Source of the DNA: a virus
Strand: one strand, 5' to 3'
Length of the DNA: 64,000 bases
Virus record (IMG/VR): IMGVR_UViG_3300036770_007999
Span: 14,137-78,136 of that record
In this document: positions 1 through 9,930 of the stretch, in pieces
Layout: each line of letters starts with the position of its first letter
Position numbering within the stretch: the stretch's first letter is position 1
The notes under the pieces: generated by a model
What the model saw: only the letters and a program-made list of their open reading frames with translations
Told to the model about the DNA's origin: nothing
The model's database searches: none
Position numbers and translations under genes: made by a program

Positions 1-1
1 T

Positions 2-775
2 GTGGATGCCTCGGGTATATTCGACATGCGGTCGATACCTGATGTAAGTTATCAGGCCATGGTCTTGGTAGGTCTATACGGGGCTGCTATCACCCACATA
101 GGTGATACCAAGATCTGGCGGCAGACAGTGTTGCGCGATGGTCTCGTAATAGAAGATGCAGCACAGCATTGGCTGGCCAGTGGTGCGATCCGTATCGGCC
201 AGGCCGCAGCGATCAGTTTCGATCCCATGAAGAATTTGGCTGCTTATGGCAACGGCGGCGCCCTAGTTACGAATGATGCTGATCTATATCGCTATGCACA
301 GGCCTGGCGCAACAACGGCAAGCCCGACCATCATCATGTTGGAACCAACAGCCGGATGAGCGAAATAGACTGTGCCCAGTTGCTGGTAAAAACACGCTAC
401 ATCGATGAGTGGCAACAACGGCGTGGCAAAATAGCGCAGTTCTGGATGGACAAGTTGCAATCGTCAGCGGTGCGCTGTCTTGTCACTCGAGACAACTGGC
501 ACGACCATTCTTTTCACAAGTTCGTTATCGACGTAGAAGCACGCGACATACTGCAAAAGAATCTGGCCATACGTGGCATAGAAACCCGGGTGCATTATGC
601 GCAGCCTCTGCATGAGATCGATATCTATCGGCAGTGGCCTGGTCCCACTTTCCTGAGTTCGGCTTCGGCACTGTGCCGCAGGGTGTTGAGCCTGCCTATC
701 TATCCTGAGCTCACAGATCTGCAGGTGGAGTATATAGCGGATCAGGTACGAGATTGTGTGACCAGTTCTGGATGA
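2..775 (+). CDS. DegT/DnrJ/EryC1/StrS-family PLP-dependent sugar aminotransferase (5' truncated by window edge)
   Basis: IEDAAQ; SFDPMKNL with the PLP lysine; GNGGALVTND; GTNSRMSE; C-terminal VLSLPIYPEL. Confidence 0.92.
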   Translation: MDASGIFDMRSIPDVSYQAMVLVGLYGAAITHIGDTKIWRQTVLRDGLVIEDAAQHWLASGAIRIGQAAAISFDPMKNLAAYGNGGALVTNDADLYRYAQAWRNNGKPDHHHVGTNSRMSEIDCAQLLVKTRYIDEWQQRRGKIAQFWMDKLQSSAVRCLVTRDNWHDHSFHKFVIDVEARDILQKNLAIRGIETRVHYAQPLHEIDIYRQWPGPTFLSSASALCRRVLSLPIYPELTDLQVEYIADQVRDCVTSSG

Positions 776-2571
776 AGCATCATGGCATAGGTAGCAAGCC
801 ATGCCCATTCGTAGCTTTTCTTGATCGCGTCAAAATCTCCCCCGACTTCTTCATAGTAACGCACAGCATCCTGGGCACCGCGCAGACTCCAGACACCGTT
901 GACACCATCGCCTTTAGATAGCCATTCTGCCAATCGGTATTCATTCTCTACATCTGGAAGACTGTGCCGAAGTTTCAGGCATTCTCTGAAAGCGGTACGC
1001 CAACAGGTCCAGGGATCGTTGTCGTAGTAGGCAGTACCTGATACCATGGGCACAACCTCGTGTGGATCTTCCAAGGTAAAATCCAGCCCCTGCCCTGTAT
1101 TGGCCATCACTAAATTTACATTGTAGGCTATCATGGCCTGGTGTCCGTACACCAAGTGATTCACAGGATTGTAGGCATGGAAAATATAGTGTTTGGGCTG
1201 TTGCATGCGATCCGGCTGCCATGACCAATCAAAGTCTGCATTGACCTGCAGTTTAGCAAACACAGCAAAGAACCAAGGCGTGCGACTTTTTTCGGCCGCG
1301 GCTTGATAAGCAGCCACCCGACCGTTCACACCATCCACACGATGCAATTGATTAGGCGCCATGTGGTTGGTCAGCGCACCTTGCAGTATGTTCCAGTGAT
1401 GCTCGGCTCCATGTTCTCCATTGGAGATGAATACTATGTCTAAAGGTCGATCCTGTATCCAATTGCGATAGTTTCGATCAATCCATGCGTAGTCGTAGAC
1501 TTGCGACTTAATAAATGGTACTGCTTCTTTAGGTACCACTACTAGTCCTGCTCCGACACTGAGCGGAACCACAGTCCTTGTCTGGTCTCTCCATAGAGAT
1601 ATAGTCGGTATCCTATTTGTATTCATGTCTTGGCAGGCAAACAAAGCGATAGGACCGGACCAATGTGAATTTTGTATCGCTGTAACTTGACTGTCATGTT
1701 GATGCCGCACAACTGGTACAGGTTTCCTTGGCACCGTGATATCGCTGACAAAATTTAGATCGTACCATTCCAACAGTTGAAATTCCGAGATCTTGGCACG
1801 GAACGTGGGCACATGCATGAAAAAGGTATCGCCAAACTTCTGTTCTTCGCTGGGGAAAACGTGCAGCATGTGGTTCTGCCAGGACTCCGGATGCCATGAG
1901 AAATCAAAATTGTAGTAGTTGCAGATGGTGCTACAGATCCATACAAATTCTTGATCGTTAGGTATGCTGGTTGCCAGTCTGGTCAGGGTATCTTTGTAGT
2001 TGTTGAAATATCGTATCCGGCGAGCCACTGGCTGACAGAATTCGTCAACGGTACCATTCATGTGATCTATGAGATAGATCGCCGCGGCCTTGGCACGCAC
2101 ACGGCTTCCGCTCTGGCTCACATACTTGGTTTGACTTCCGCCCGGTACAAGATACCGAGGTCCACCGGTTTTTTGCCATTGGGTACCGAATTCATAGTGG
2201 AAGGGCGGATCAGTATAGTCAGGGTGCCAGGAGAAATCAAAGTCTGTGACACTGTCGGTGTTTTCCCAAAGATCGAGATCTGTTGTCATTGCGATCACGG
2301 GTGATGTATGATAGTTGGTGTCCGTATATCTCGATTTTGGAATCAAATAGGTACCAGAATCACGTTGCCATTGGCTGGCCCAGGCATGTCGTTGAGAGGC
2401 CTGCCACGGTGGGGGTTCCCAAAGGAAGTCGAAGTCTGCATAGTCCGCTAAGTACGTCACTATCCAACAGTAACGTGTGCGACTTTGTTGTCGTGCATGC
2501 TCGACGCTCAAAGCCTCACGCTCATGAGCAAACAGATTAGGCTTTTTTCCGATATAAAATACGTCAAACAT
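742..2571 (-). CDS. Multi-repeat glycosyltransferase-like protein (GT-A-like C-terminal domain)
   Basis: Start refined to MFDVFYIG (ATG at 2571). Repeated DFD(F/W)xWxP motifs. The C-terminal domain (DIVFISNGE..RVDGV..AYQAAA..WRTAFRECLKL) is paralogous to 18687-19613. Confidence 0.6.
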   Translation of the reverse strand: MFDVFYIGKKPNLFAHEREALSVEHARQQSRTRYCWIVTYLADYADFDFLWEPPPWQASQRHAWASQWQRDSGTYLIPKSRYTDTNYHTSPVIAMTTDLDLWENTDSVTDFDFSWHPDYTDPPFHYEFGTQWQKTGGPRYLVPGGSQTKYVSQSGSRVRAKAAAIYLIDHMNGTVDEFCQPVARRIRYFNNYKDTLTRLATSIPNDQEFVWICSTICNYYNFDFSWHPESWQNHMLHVFPSEEQKFGDTFFMHVPTFRAKISEFQLLEWYDLNFVSDITVPRKPVPVVRHQHDSQVTAIQNSHWSGPIALFACQDMNTNRIPTISLWRDQTRTVVPLSVGAGLVVVPKEAVPFIKSQVYDYAWIDRNYRNWIQDRPLDIVFISNGEHGAEHHWNILQGALTNHMAPNQLHRVDGVNGRVAAYQAAAEKSRTPWFFAVFAKLQVNADFDWSWQPDRMQQPKHYIFHAYNPVNHLVYGHQAMIAYNVNLVMANTGQGLDFTLEDPHEVVPMVSGTAYYDNDPWTCWRTAFRECLKLRHSLPDVENEYRLAEWLSKGDGVNGVWSLRGAQDAVRYYEEVGGDFDAIKKSYEWAWLATYAMMLHPELVTQSRT

Positions 2572-3673
2572 GATCAGGATTGATGAAATATACAATAACA
2601 CATTTTGGCCTTGGTTGCGATCTAATAGGCCAGGAACAAGGATGTTTTTTCATGATCCCTTTGGGCGCAGCGATGCCGAAAGTCTTTACAATTATGGACA
2701 AGACACACAACAAGAAAGTAATTATATGTATTTCTTTGACCAGGAGCCCATACATTTAGATCTACACATGTCTACCTTCGATGATGTAGTAAGGAGAAAC
2801 CTCGACATTTGTTGGCCCCATCAGACCCCGGGTTCGATTGTTACCAGTGAACAGCACAGTGAGTTTGTGGAGAGCATCTGCAACACCTATGGTTGGCGCA
2901 GTCATTATTATTTTTTCCACGGATGGGCCAGTCTGGATTGGTTCCGAGGTTATGATAGGACTTTTTTGATGCCAGATCCCAAAGACAGAAAGATCACGAA
3001 AAGTTTTATCAGCGCAAATCGCATCGTGGGCGGTAAAAGAGATCATCGCATCATACTGATGTACAAATTATTCAAGAAAAAAATCAACAACGCCCACATA
3101 AGTTTTCCCGGGATCTGTCCTGCCGAAGGCACACACATAACGTCACTGGTTCACAAATGGCACGATCAATACCCAGATATGCCAGAAACTTTTGCTGCAC
3201 AGAACCTGCCTTGGAATTTCCAGGGTGAGACCGATCATCCCATGCACAGTTGCTGGTTGAGCCTCTTTGATCAGTGTGCCGAGACCTGTGCCTATGTGGT
3301 GACCGAGACTGTGCAACAGGGCAATCGGCATCATCTCACTGAAAAAACTTTCAAACCTATCTGTTTACAAATGCCTTTTGTTTTGGCGTCCACACAGGGC
3401 AGCCTCGACTATCTTAAAAGTTATGGATTCCGGACTTTCAATCATGTCTGGGATGAAAGTTATGATCATGAAAGCGACGATCATCGGCGTATAGAAATGA
3501 TAGCACACATTCTCAAGTCACTGGATGACTGTTCACCTGCTGAATTACACAGCATATATAGACACACATATGAAACTGTGGTCTGGAACTATCAACACTT
3601 TTACGGCGGTGATTTTGAACGCCTGTTGTGGAAAGAATTGCAGCACATGATGCAGGACATGAAACAGACATGA
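2570..3673 (+). CDS. Putative glycosyltransferase (GT10/exostosin-like, phage TET-TEK-KP family)
   Basis: VVTET..LTEKTFKPICLQMPF..GFRTF..WDESYD motif, shared with three paralogs in the window. Confidence 0.6.
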   Translation: MIRIDEIYNNTFWPWLRSNRPGTRMFFHDPFGRSDAESLYNYGQDTQQESNYMYFFDQEPIHLDLHMSTFDDVVRRNLDICWPHQTPGSIVTSEQHSEFVESICNTYGWRSHYYFFHGWASLDWFRGYDRTFLMPDPKDRKITKSFISANRIVGGKRDHRIILMYKLFKKKINNAHISFPGICPAEGTHITSLVHKWHDQYPDMPETFAAQNLPWNFQGETDHPMHSCWLSLFDQCAETCAYVVTETVQQGNRHHLTEKTFKPICLQMPFVLASTQGSLDYLKSYGFRTFNHVWDESYDHESDDHRRIEMIAHILKSLDDCSPAELHSIYRHTYETVVWNYQHFYGGDFERLLWKELQHMMQDMKQT

Positions 3674-4854
3674 TCAATTTCTGTTACGATTCGCTGGGAG
3701 ACAATCCCGATCTCGGTTATCCTAATCTAGCGCAGCCGGCACTGGCTCCGGACGAATTTGATACAACATGGCCCAGGGTGCTGCCGCTCAGGCTGCTGAT
3801 GTATCTACAACAGTTTGGTCATCATTTCCAAAGCTGGCATGTAGCACACGCGCCCAAGGGCAGTTGGTATCCTATCGCATTGGCCTGGCATGACTTTGAA
3901 TGCGATTATTTGGCACTGGCTTCTCACACTGCCCTGGCACGCGCCAGGCGCGGTGAAATCAAGTTCTTTTTCTACTACCACGAAGGCGATCACCCTGGCA
4001 GGATCCAACAGAGATTTGATCTTCTGTGCCGGCAGCATGATCTGCCTCATGACTGTTATCTGTTCATTAGTGCCAACAGCGCAGCCGATCAATATCCGCG
4101 CTGTTATTATTTCAATGATCATGAATATTTTCTCAGTTACATCAATCGTAGACAAACAGCAGACTGGTGCGACCGCAGTGAAAGGCCTTATGAATTTACC
4201 GCACTGAATCGCATCCATAAATGGTGGCGGGCTTCGATTATGAGTGATCTATATCATGAGAAAGTATTGGATCACAGTCTATGGAGTTATAACACGGTGC
4301 TGACAGAAGATGATCGACCCGAAGACAATCCCATCAGATTGGATGCGAGATCAGATTGGTCAACGAAATTGCAACAGTTTCTTTCTGGAGCGCCTTATGA
4401 ATGCGACGGTGCTGACGCAGTATCTCACAACGATCATAGACGCATCAATGTTGATCTTTATACCAAAAGTTACTGCCATCTTGTGTTGGAAACTCTGTTC
4501 GATGTGGATCAGAGTGGGGGCACATTCCTCACCGAAAAGACCTGGAAATGCATGAAATTTGGACAGCCTTTTGTAATCATTGGCCCTGTGGGCAGTCTAG
4601 ATATCTTACGCAGATCTGGGTATCGCGTGTTTGACCATGCTATTGACAATGCCTACGACACTATAGAAGACAACACTGACAGATACCTGGCTGTGAGAAA
4701 ATCCATCGCCGAGATCAAAAAGCAGGACATGCATCAGTGGTACCTAAGGTGTCTCGACGATGTAAAATATAACCAATGGCAATTTCACACCAAAGCCAAT
4801 GGAACCTTAGATTGTTTGGTTAAAAAATTAACTGAACACTCGTACACCATATAG
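3670..4854 (+). CDS. Putative glycosyltransferase (TET-TEK family paralog)
   Basis: LVLET..FLTEKTWKCMKFGQPF..GYRVF..IDNAYD. Start refined to the ATGA overlap with the upstream stop. Confidence 0.6.
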   Translation: MINFCYDSLGDNPDLGYPNLAQPALAPDEFDTTWPRVLPLRLLMYLQQFGHHFQSWHVAHAPKGSWYPIALAWHDFECDYLALASHTALARARRGEIKFFFYYHEGDHPGRIQQRFDLLCRQHDLPHDCYLFISANSAADQYPRCYYFNDHEYFLSYINRRQTADWCDRSERPYEFTALNRIHKWWRASIMSDLYHEKVLDHSLWSYNTVLTEDDRPEDNPIRLDARSDWSTKLQQFLSGAPYECDGADAVSHNDHRRINVDLYTKSYCHLVLETLFDVDQSGGTFLTEKTWKCMKFGQPFVIIGPVGSLDILRRSGYRVFDHAIDNAYDTIEDNTDRYLAVRKSIAEIKKQDMHQWYLRCLDDVKYNQWQFHTKANGTLDCLVKKLTEHSYTI

Positions 4855-6312
4855 CTTTTCAAATCGGTCAGCGTCTGATCGATCGTTGACCATGGGTTCG
4901 CCGCGGATGTTGAGGCTGGTATTTAACAGCATGGAACAACCGGTTCGTGCATGCCAGGCCTCCAGCAACCGACGGAATCCGGATCCATCAGCCGGCACAG
5001 TCTGTACTCGAGCAGTACCATCTACATGTGAGATTGCAGAATACAAATCAGGTCTGCGCACGCGGGCCACGATCTGCATGTATCTTGAAGCGGCGAAACT
5101 GCGCGGCATCTCAAAATAGTCCGCCACATACTCTTCCAATATGGCTGGTGCAAAAGGTCGGAATTTCTGTCTGCGTTTGATTGCATTCACTAGGTCTTTG
5201 ATTTCCGGTCCTCTAGGGTCCGCGAGCAGACTGCGATTGCCCAGTGCGCGCGGACCAAACTCAGCACGGCCGCTAGCCACACCAGCAATAGCATGGGCAC
5301 AGAGATGATCAACAACGTCGTCAACAGGATAAGGCCCAGGAATATCATGACCAAGATAAGCATGGCGCCAGTTAAGTCTTCCGCCATGAGCCAAAGCCGC
5401 TGCACCCAGGCTCGATCCTGCGTCGCCCGGGTTGGGCATGATCCAGATGTTGTCATATACGTCTCCTATTCTTGCGTTGGCCACGCAGTTCAATGCCACT
5501 CCACCCATGTATACGAGATTATCGCTGTTGACCAGACTCCTGGCCCGCTGCACGACATTGTGTATCATTTGCTCGGCTAGATGTTGACCTGCTGCGGCCA
5601 AATCTACAGCCTTGTAAGCACTGAGTTCATCGTCATCGAACCCTATGTGCAGATTCCTTCGCATGCGGACATCAATTAGATCGTCTATGCAATGATCTCG
5701 TAACCAAGCAGTACCTAGACCAGATCCGTAAGCGGCCATGCCCATGGTGATGTATTCTTCTTCCATGGGCTTCAAGCCCACGGCTTTTGTGATGGCCGAA
5801 TAGAAAAGGCCGATGGAATGTGGATAACCTTGCCTCCATACACGCTGATACTGGGCATGCCCATCGTGATCGTACCAGGCACGGAATATAGATACGGTAT
5901 CCATCTCGCCTATGGCATCTATCACCACCACAGCGGCCTCTTGGAAAGGTGAAGTCTGGAATCCAGCAGCGGCATGACTGAGATGATGAGGATAACTCGC
6001 TTCTCTACGAGCAGGATGTTGATACCAAGAGCCTAGGTGTTGCCGTATGGCCTGACCAGTGGTCCAGGGCCCATACTCTCGCTGCCCGCTGCGCCATTGT
6101 TGGAGATTGTGCATCCATGGACGCTCGTAGAATGCCACTGTGTCAAATTCATGATCACAACATTCTCGTAAAAGATCCGGATGTATGTTGGGATCATTCT
6201 TTATCTTACTGTAGCGTTCAGAATGTCCTGCAAACATGATCTCGCCGTCTTGGCGCACCACAGTGACAGCAGCATCGTGGAATCCGGCACTGATGCCTAA
6301 CACCTTTTTCAT
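4828..6312 (-). CDS. Carbamoyltransferase (NodU/CmcH/TobZ family)
   Basis: GISAGFHDAA, ERYSKIK, HHLSHAA, GGVALN, PGDAG, GRAEFGPRALGNRS, KRRQKFRPFAP, LLNTSLN. Confidence 0.95.
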   Translation of the reverse strand: MKKVLGISAGFHDAAVTVVRQDGEIMFAGHSERYSKIKNDPNIHPDLLRECCDHEFDTVAFYERPWMHNLQQWRSGQREYGPWTTGQAIRQHLGSWYQHPARREASYPHHLSHAAAGFQTSPFQEAAVVVIDAIGEMDTVSIFRAWYDHDGHAQYQRVWRQGYPHSIGLFYSAITKAVGLKPMEEEYITMGMAAYGSGLGTAWLRDHCIDDLIDVRMRRNLHIGFDDDELSAYKAVDLAAAGQHLAEQMIHNVVQRARSLVNSDNLVYMGGVALNCVANARIGDVYDNIWIMPNPGDAGSSLGAAALAHGGRLNWRHAYLGHDIPGPYPVDDVVDHLCAHAIAGVASGRAEFGPRALGNRSLLADPRGPEIKDLVNAIKRRQKFRPFAPAILEEYVADYFEMPRSFAASRYMQIVARVRRPDLYSAISHVDGTARVQTVPADGSGFRRLLEAWHARTGCSMLLNTSLNIRGEPMVNDRSDADRFEKLYGVRVFS

Positions 6313-6410
6313 TTGTAGATAAAAGGATCTCGTTTACGCAATTCTTTAAGTTTCTTGCGGTACCGTATTTCCAAGCGAATCTTTTGCCATAGGTCCTTGA
6401 GCCATTTCAT
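6309..6410 (-). CDS. 33-aa basic protein MKWLKDLWQKIRLEIRYRKKLKELRKRDPFIYK, coupled to the carbamoyltransferase
   Basis: Translated by hand; not in the ORF track. Exact ATGA overlaps at both ends (with 6407-7465 and 4828-6312). AGGAG lies upstream of the ATG. Confidence 0.8.
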   Translation of the reverse strand: MKWLKDLWQKIRLEIRYRKKLKELRKRDPFIYK

Positions 6411-7465
6411 TGTGTTTCTCCTGTCATGCGATATATGTAGTCCGGATCGCGCCAACAGTAATCATATTCGGTCTGCTGGTGCGCTGTTTTTACCGCGGCC
6501 ACATCTAGATGGCTGTTCAACTGTTGCCAGATATCTTGATAATCGGTGGTGCCAAAACTGCGCTCAAGATCCACCTGACCTATCTGCGGGTGCCCAATGG
6601 TGAGAGCAGGATCATCAGGATCAAATCCATTGTGTTGCAGCCACTCACGGAATTCAGACAATTGTTGATGCATGAACGGATGCTGCCCGGGATCCTGGCC
6701 CCATTCGATATCAAAGTCTGCTGCTGCTTCAGTCTGGCTGCGCAAGGTCGTGGTGGTCAGTTCATCTAGACGGCTGTCTCGGCCCTCATCTTGGAAGACT
6801 TCCCAGTGATGCTTGCCCACGGCTTTGTTTACTCCTACGTATACCCCTCCCATTGGGCGTGCAATGGTATTGATACCAAATAGATCGAGATCTTCTGTGT
6901 CTAATGCGAATCGAGGAGCATGATTCCAACACATGAGTTGGCTAGGCCTTTGCCATTCTGGCAGTGTGTGTTTTTTCCGCCAACTCAAGGCCCAGGTTTC
7001 AAATTCGTGGCACAGGAGATTGAGTTGACTGATATGCCATCGAGTTTCGGCATCGGCTGCATTCCAGTACTGGCTCATGCTGCCACTCACGCCTTGTAGA
7101 TCTTCAAAGTATCTGTGCAGGCGATTGAAACGATCGTGTCGCAGCCTGTGTTCGCTGTCAAGGCAGTCTGCGTACTCAAACATGTCGTTGATCTCATAGC
7201 CCAGTCTTTTATCATTGATATGAGCGATAGATCGGTTGATCTCGCGGCACAGAAATTGGCCGTTTCTAGGTGAATCTGCGAAGCCAAGAAAACAGTAATG
7301 TTTTTGCAGCGCCATTGATCGTGCCAGCACATCGTCTAATGCGGCCAGCCAGCGTCTGGCCAAAGAATTATCCCAGACATCGATCCACACAGTGATATCG
7401 TGGCGAGAGTCGGTATTTCTAAGAACAATCTCTACGGTATCAATCAATGCTTTGCCACCAATCAT
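6407..7465 (-). CDS. Hypothetical protein in the radical SAM/carbamoyltransferase operon
   Basis: 352-aa ORF coupled to both neighbours; His-containing motifs (LHRYFE, LCHEFE); no family recognised. Confidence 0.7.
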   Translation of the reverse strand: MIGGKALIDTVEIVLRNTDSRHDITVWIDVWDNSLARRWLAALDDVLARSMALQKHYCFLGFADSPRNGQFLCREINRSIAHINDKRLGYEINDMFEYADCLDSEHRLRHDRFNRLHRYFEDLQGVSGSMSQYWNAADAETRWHISQLNLLCHEFETWALSWRKKHTLPEWQRPSQLMCWNHAPRFALDTEDLDLFGINTIARPMGGVYVGVNKAVGKHHWEVFQDEGRDSRLDELTTTTLRSQTEAAADFDIEWGQDPGQHPFMHQQLSEFREWLQHNGFDPDDPALTIGHPQIGQVDLERSFGTTDYQDIWQQLNSHLDVAAVKTAHQQTEYDYCWRDPDYIYRMTGETQ

Positions 7466-8729
7466 AAATGTGCGGGTCCTGTTTCAAAATATCAGTCATG
7501 GTGAATCGATCTTTGCGGATCTGTTCTAGCCGCAGGATGCGCTGTTTGCCTCGGCGAAGTGCTTGTGCGTACTGATCGGGCCACTGCTGTTGGAAGGTAG
7601 GTCTTTGCTTCAACTGCAACAAAGTATCCTGCAATACGCCCTTGGTACAATCTGCCAGGTGGTCTATTCGTTGATCCAATATTGATCTAGGCAATGCCAA
7701 CGGACTCATCACGATGTCGGGAGAAAAACTGAAAATCACTTTGGCCAGAATATCTACTCCGAATCGATCGGCCAATTGCTGTAAATTAATCACTTCAAAC
7801 AGTCCCGGCAAGGTCAGCGTGAAGTCGATGCGCATCTGCCTCCGATGTGTGGCTATATCCAGTCCCTGGGCAAAATTCCTGCACCACTGGTCGTAGTCGA
7901 GCCCGGTGCGTATATATTCTCCTGTGATTCCGGTCCCGTCGAGACTGGCACAGATCTGCCAATCTCGCACATGTTGGAGAATATCACGGTAAAGATTGAC
8001 ACCACCATAGTCAACCCTAGAGAGATTAGTGTTATATCTAGCATATAGTTTTGCACCATCTCCCAATTCGATGATGCGTTTCATGTACCTCCAATGTTGC
8101 TCGTACATCAAAGGTTCGCCACCTACCCAGTAGATTTCCTCCACTCTGTGTTGCTCTACCGCCTCAGCGAATTCCGCTTCGATCTGGGTGTCTTGGAACC
8201 GAGTAATTTCCCGTCTTACTTCGGGCTTCATCCAATGATTTTTAGGATTCGACCAATCTACCATGTTGTGTTGGCGTTGCTCGCTCTCCCAGGCCGAGCT
8301 CAACATGTCGCCACACGTGCGACATTTGAAATTGCAAAGATTTGAGAACCTGTAGTCCCAACTCACTGGTTTCATTTCCGTCTGACCATCAGCATCAGTC
8401 TTTTCGATGGCTTCCGCATATTTGTGCCCAAACATGCTATTGAAGTAGCTGCGGTACACATCAGTGTTCAATAATTTTTGATTGCACACTTCGCATTCGG
8501 GCAAGGTTTCTCCGGCCATCATGCGACGACGCACCGACCGCATGTGATCTGAATTCCAGTGTTGTTCCAAGGTGATAGGCACGTATCTACCTGTGCCAGC
8601 TGATGTATCGATATACTGTTGGAAGTTCTGAGCTGGTTCTCGACTGGCGCAGCACATCCTGCGCTCAGTCTGTGGACTCAAGTAGGTGTGAGTCCACGGT
8701 GCCATGCACAGTGTTTCAGATCGGATCAT
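7440..8729 (-). CDS. Radical SAM protein with N-terminal twitch-type Cys domain
   Basis: CMAPW..RMCC..CEVC, then CNFKCRTC and GGEP. Confidence 0.9.
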   Translation of the reverse strand: MIRSETLCMAPWTHTYLSPQTERRMCCASREPAQNFQQYIDTSAGTGRYVPITLEQHWNSDHMRSVRRRMMAGETLPECEVCNQKLLNTDVYRSYFNSMFGHKYAEAIEKTDADGQTEMKPVSWDYRFSNLCNFKCRTCGDMLSSAWESEQRQHNMVDWSNPKNHWMKPEVRREITRFQDTQIEAEFAEAVEQHRVEEIYWVGGEPLMYEQHWRYMKRIIELGDGAKLYARYNTNLSRVDYGGVNLYRDILQHVRDWQICASLDGTGITGEYIRTGLDYDQWCRNFAQGLDIATHRRQMRIDFTLTLPGLFEVINLQQLADRFGVDILAKVIFSFSPDIVMSPLALPRSILDQRIDHLADCTKGVLQDTLLQLKQRPTFQQQWPDQYAQALRRGKQRILRLEQIRKDRFTMTDILKQDPHIYDWWQSID

Positions 8730-9930
8730 AGTCTAACGCTTCTGCTAACTCCCAGATCACTGCACGGAGATTTTGTCCGCGACGTTGATCTAATCTCTGT
8801 ATCTGTTCGCGTATCTGTTCCAAGGGCATGCTTTCACCGGCCGTCATGAAATCTCTGATCTGATCAAAATGCTGTCGATGAAAGGGCCTCACAGTGGCAG
8901 TATCTAAACGGCGTGCGGCAAGCTCTTTGGCCTGCGGTGGCAAACTGGTAATGCTGAAATATCGTGCCTCGTGCAGCATGTTCCAGTAAATGAAATCAAA
9001 ATCTTGCATGTCAATCCATTCAGCAAGACTTTCAAGATGCCACACATTGAAAATGTTTACCGTGCTGCATACCTGTAGTTGGATATTTTTGTTCACAGAT
9101 CGCAGCCTACGGAATCGATCGAGATTGTGCATGACTTCCGCCCACACAGCATTGGTGCGCTGGTATTCGAATCTCTCACCGAGATCATCAATGCTAAACG
9201 CTATCTCCACAGTCTTGAAATGTTTCCAAATGTTTTCGGCCAGTTCCGGATAATGCGTTCCGTTGGTGTTGTAGTGTATCTCAACCTGGGATGCTATGCC
9301 ACGATCCACCATGCCCTCGAGTATGTCAAAATGTTCTTGGATCATGAAGGGTTCGCCTCCGGTGAATTCTATGTAACGGATCTGATCCATCATGCCGTCT
9401 ATCTGATTCCAGAATGTGCGATTTTCTCTGGGCCATGCTCCCTGTCGCAGCATCTGATAATGCAGGCTGCTTTTACGGAAGGCAGGATCCGGAATGTGTG
9501 TTAGTTCTTCTGTGGCAAAGGCGGAACTGCTCCACGAACCGCAGATTCGGCATTTTAGATTGCAAATATTGCCCAGTTTGAGATCCAGGAACATCAGAGG
9601 TCTAGGATGGTCGGTCCATGGCTCATCAGAGATCATGTGTTTGAGTCTATCCAGCGTGTGCATACGTTTGCTGGTCCTGCCAGCATCTTCTTCGGCCCAG
9701 CACTTGCGACATGTAGCAGGACGTTGCTCTGCCAGAAATGCTTGCCTGAGTTGACGCATGTATTCGCTGTTCTGCACAGTCTTGAGATTGGCACTGGCGA
9801 GATTGTATTTCACACAGTCAGAATCTACGATTTCTTCTTCAGCCAAACAACACGGTCGCACAGTCCCAATGGGACTGGTTTCTAGGCTGACCCAAGGTAA
9901 CACACAAAATTTGCTGTGAGGTATCTTCAT
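8716..9930 (-). CDS. Radical SAM protein with N-terminal twitch-type Cys domain
   Basis: CVLPW..RPCC..CRKC; CNLKCRIC; TGGEP; YNTNG. Confidence 0.92.
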   Translation of the reverse strand: MKIPHSKFCVLPWVSLETSPIGTVRPCCLAEEEIVDSDCVKYNLASANLKTVQNSEYMRQLRQAFLAEQRPATCRKCWAEEDAGRTSKRMHTLDRLKHMISDEPWTDHPRPLMFLDLKLGNICNLKCRICGSWSSSAFATEELTHIPDPAFRKSSLHYQMLRQGAWPRENRTFWNQIDGMMDQIRYIEFTGGEPFMIQEHFDILEGMVDRGIASQVEIHYNTNGTHYPELAENIWKHFKTVEIAFSIDDLGERFEYQRTNAVWAEVMHNLDRFRRLRSVNKNIQLQVCSTVNIFNVWHLESLAEWIDMQDFDFIYWNMLHEARYFSITSLPPQAKELAARRLDTATVRPFHRQHFDQIRDFMTAGESMPLEQIREQIQRLDQRRGQNLRAVIWELAEALDYDPI

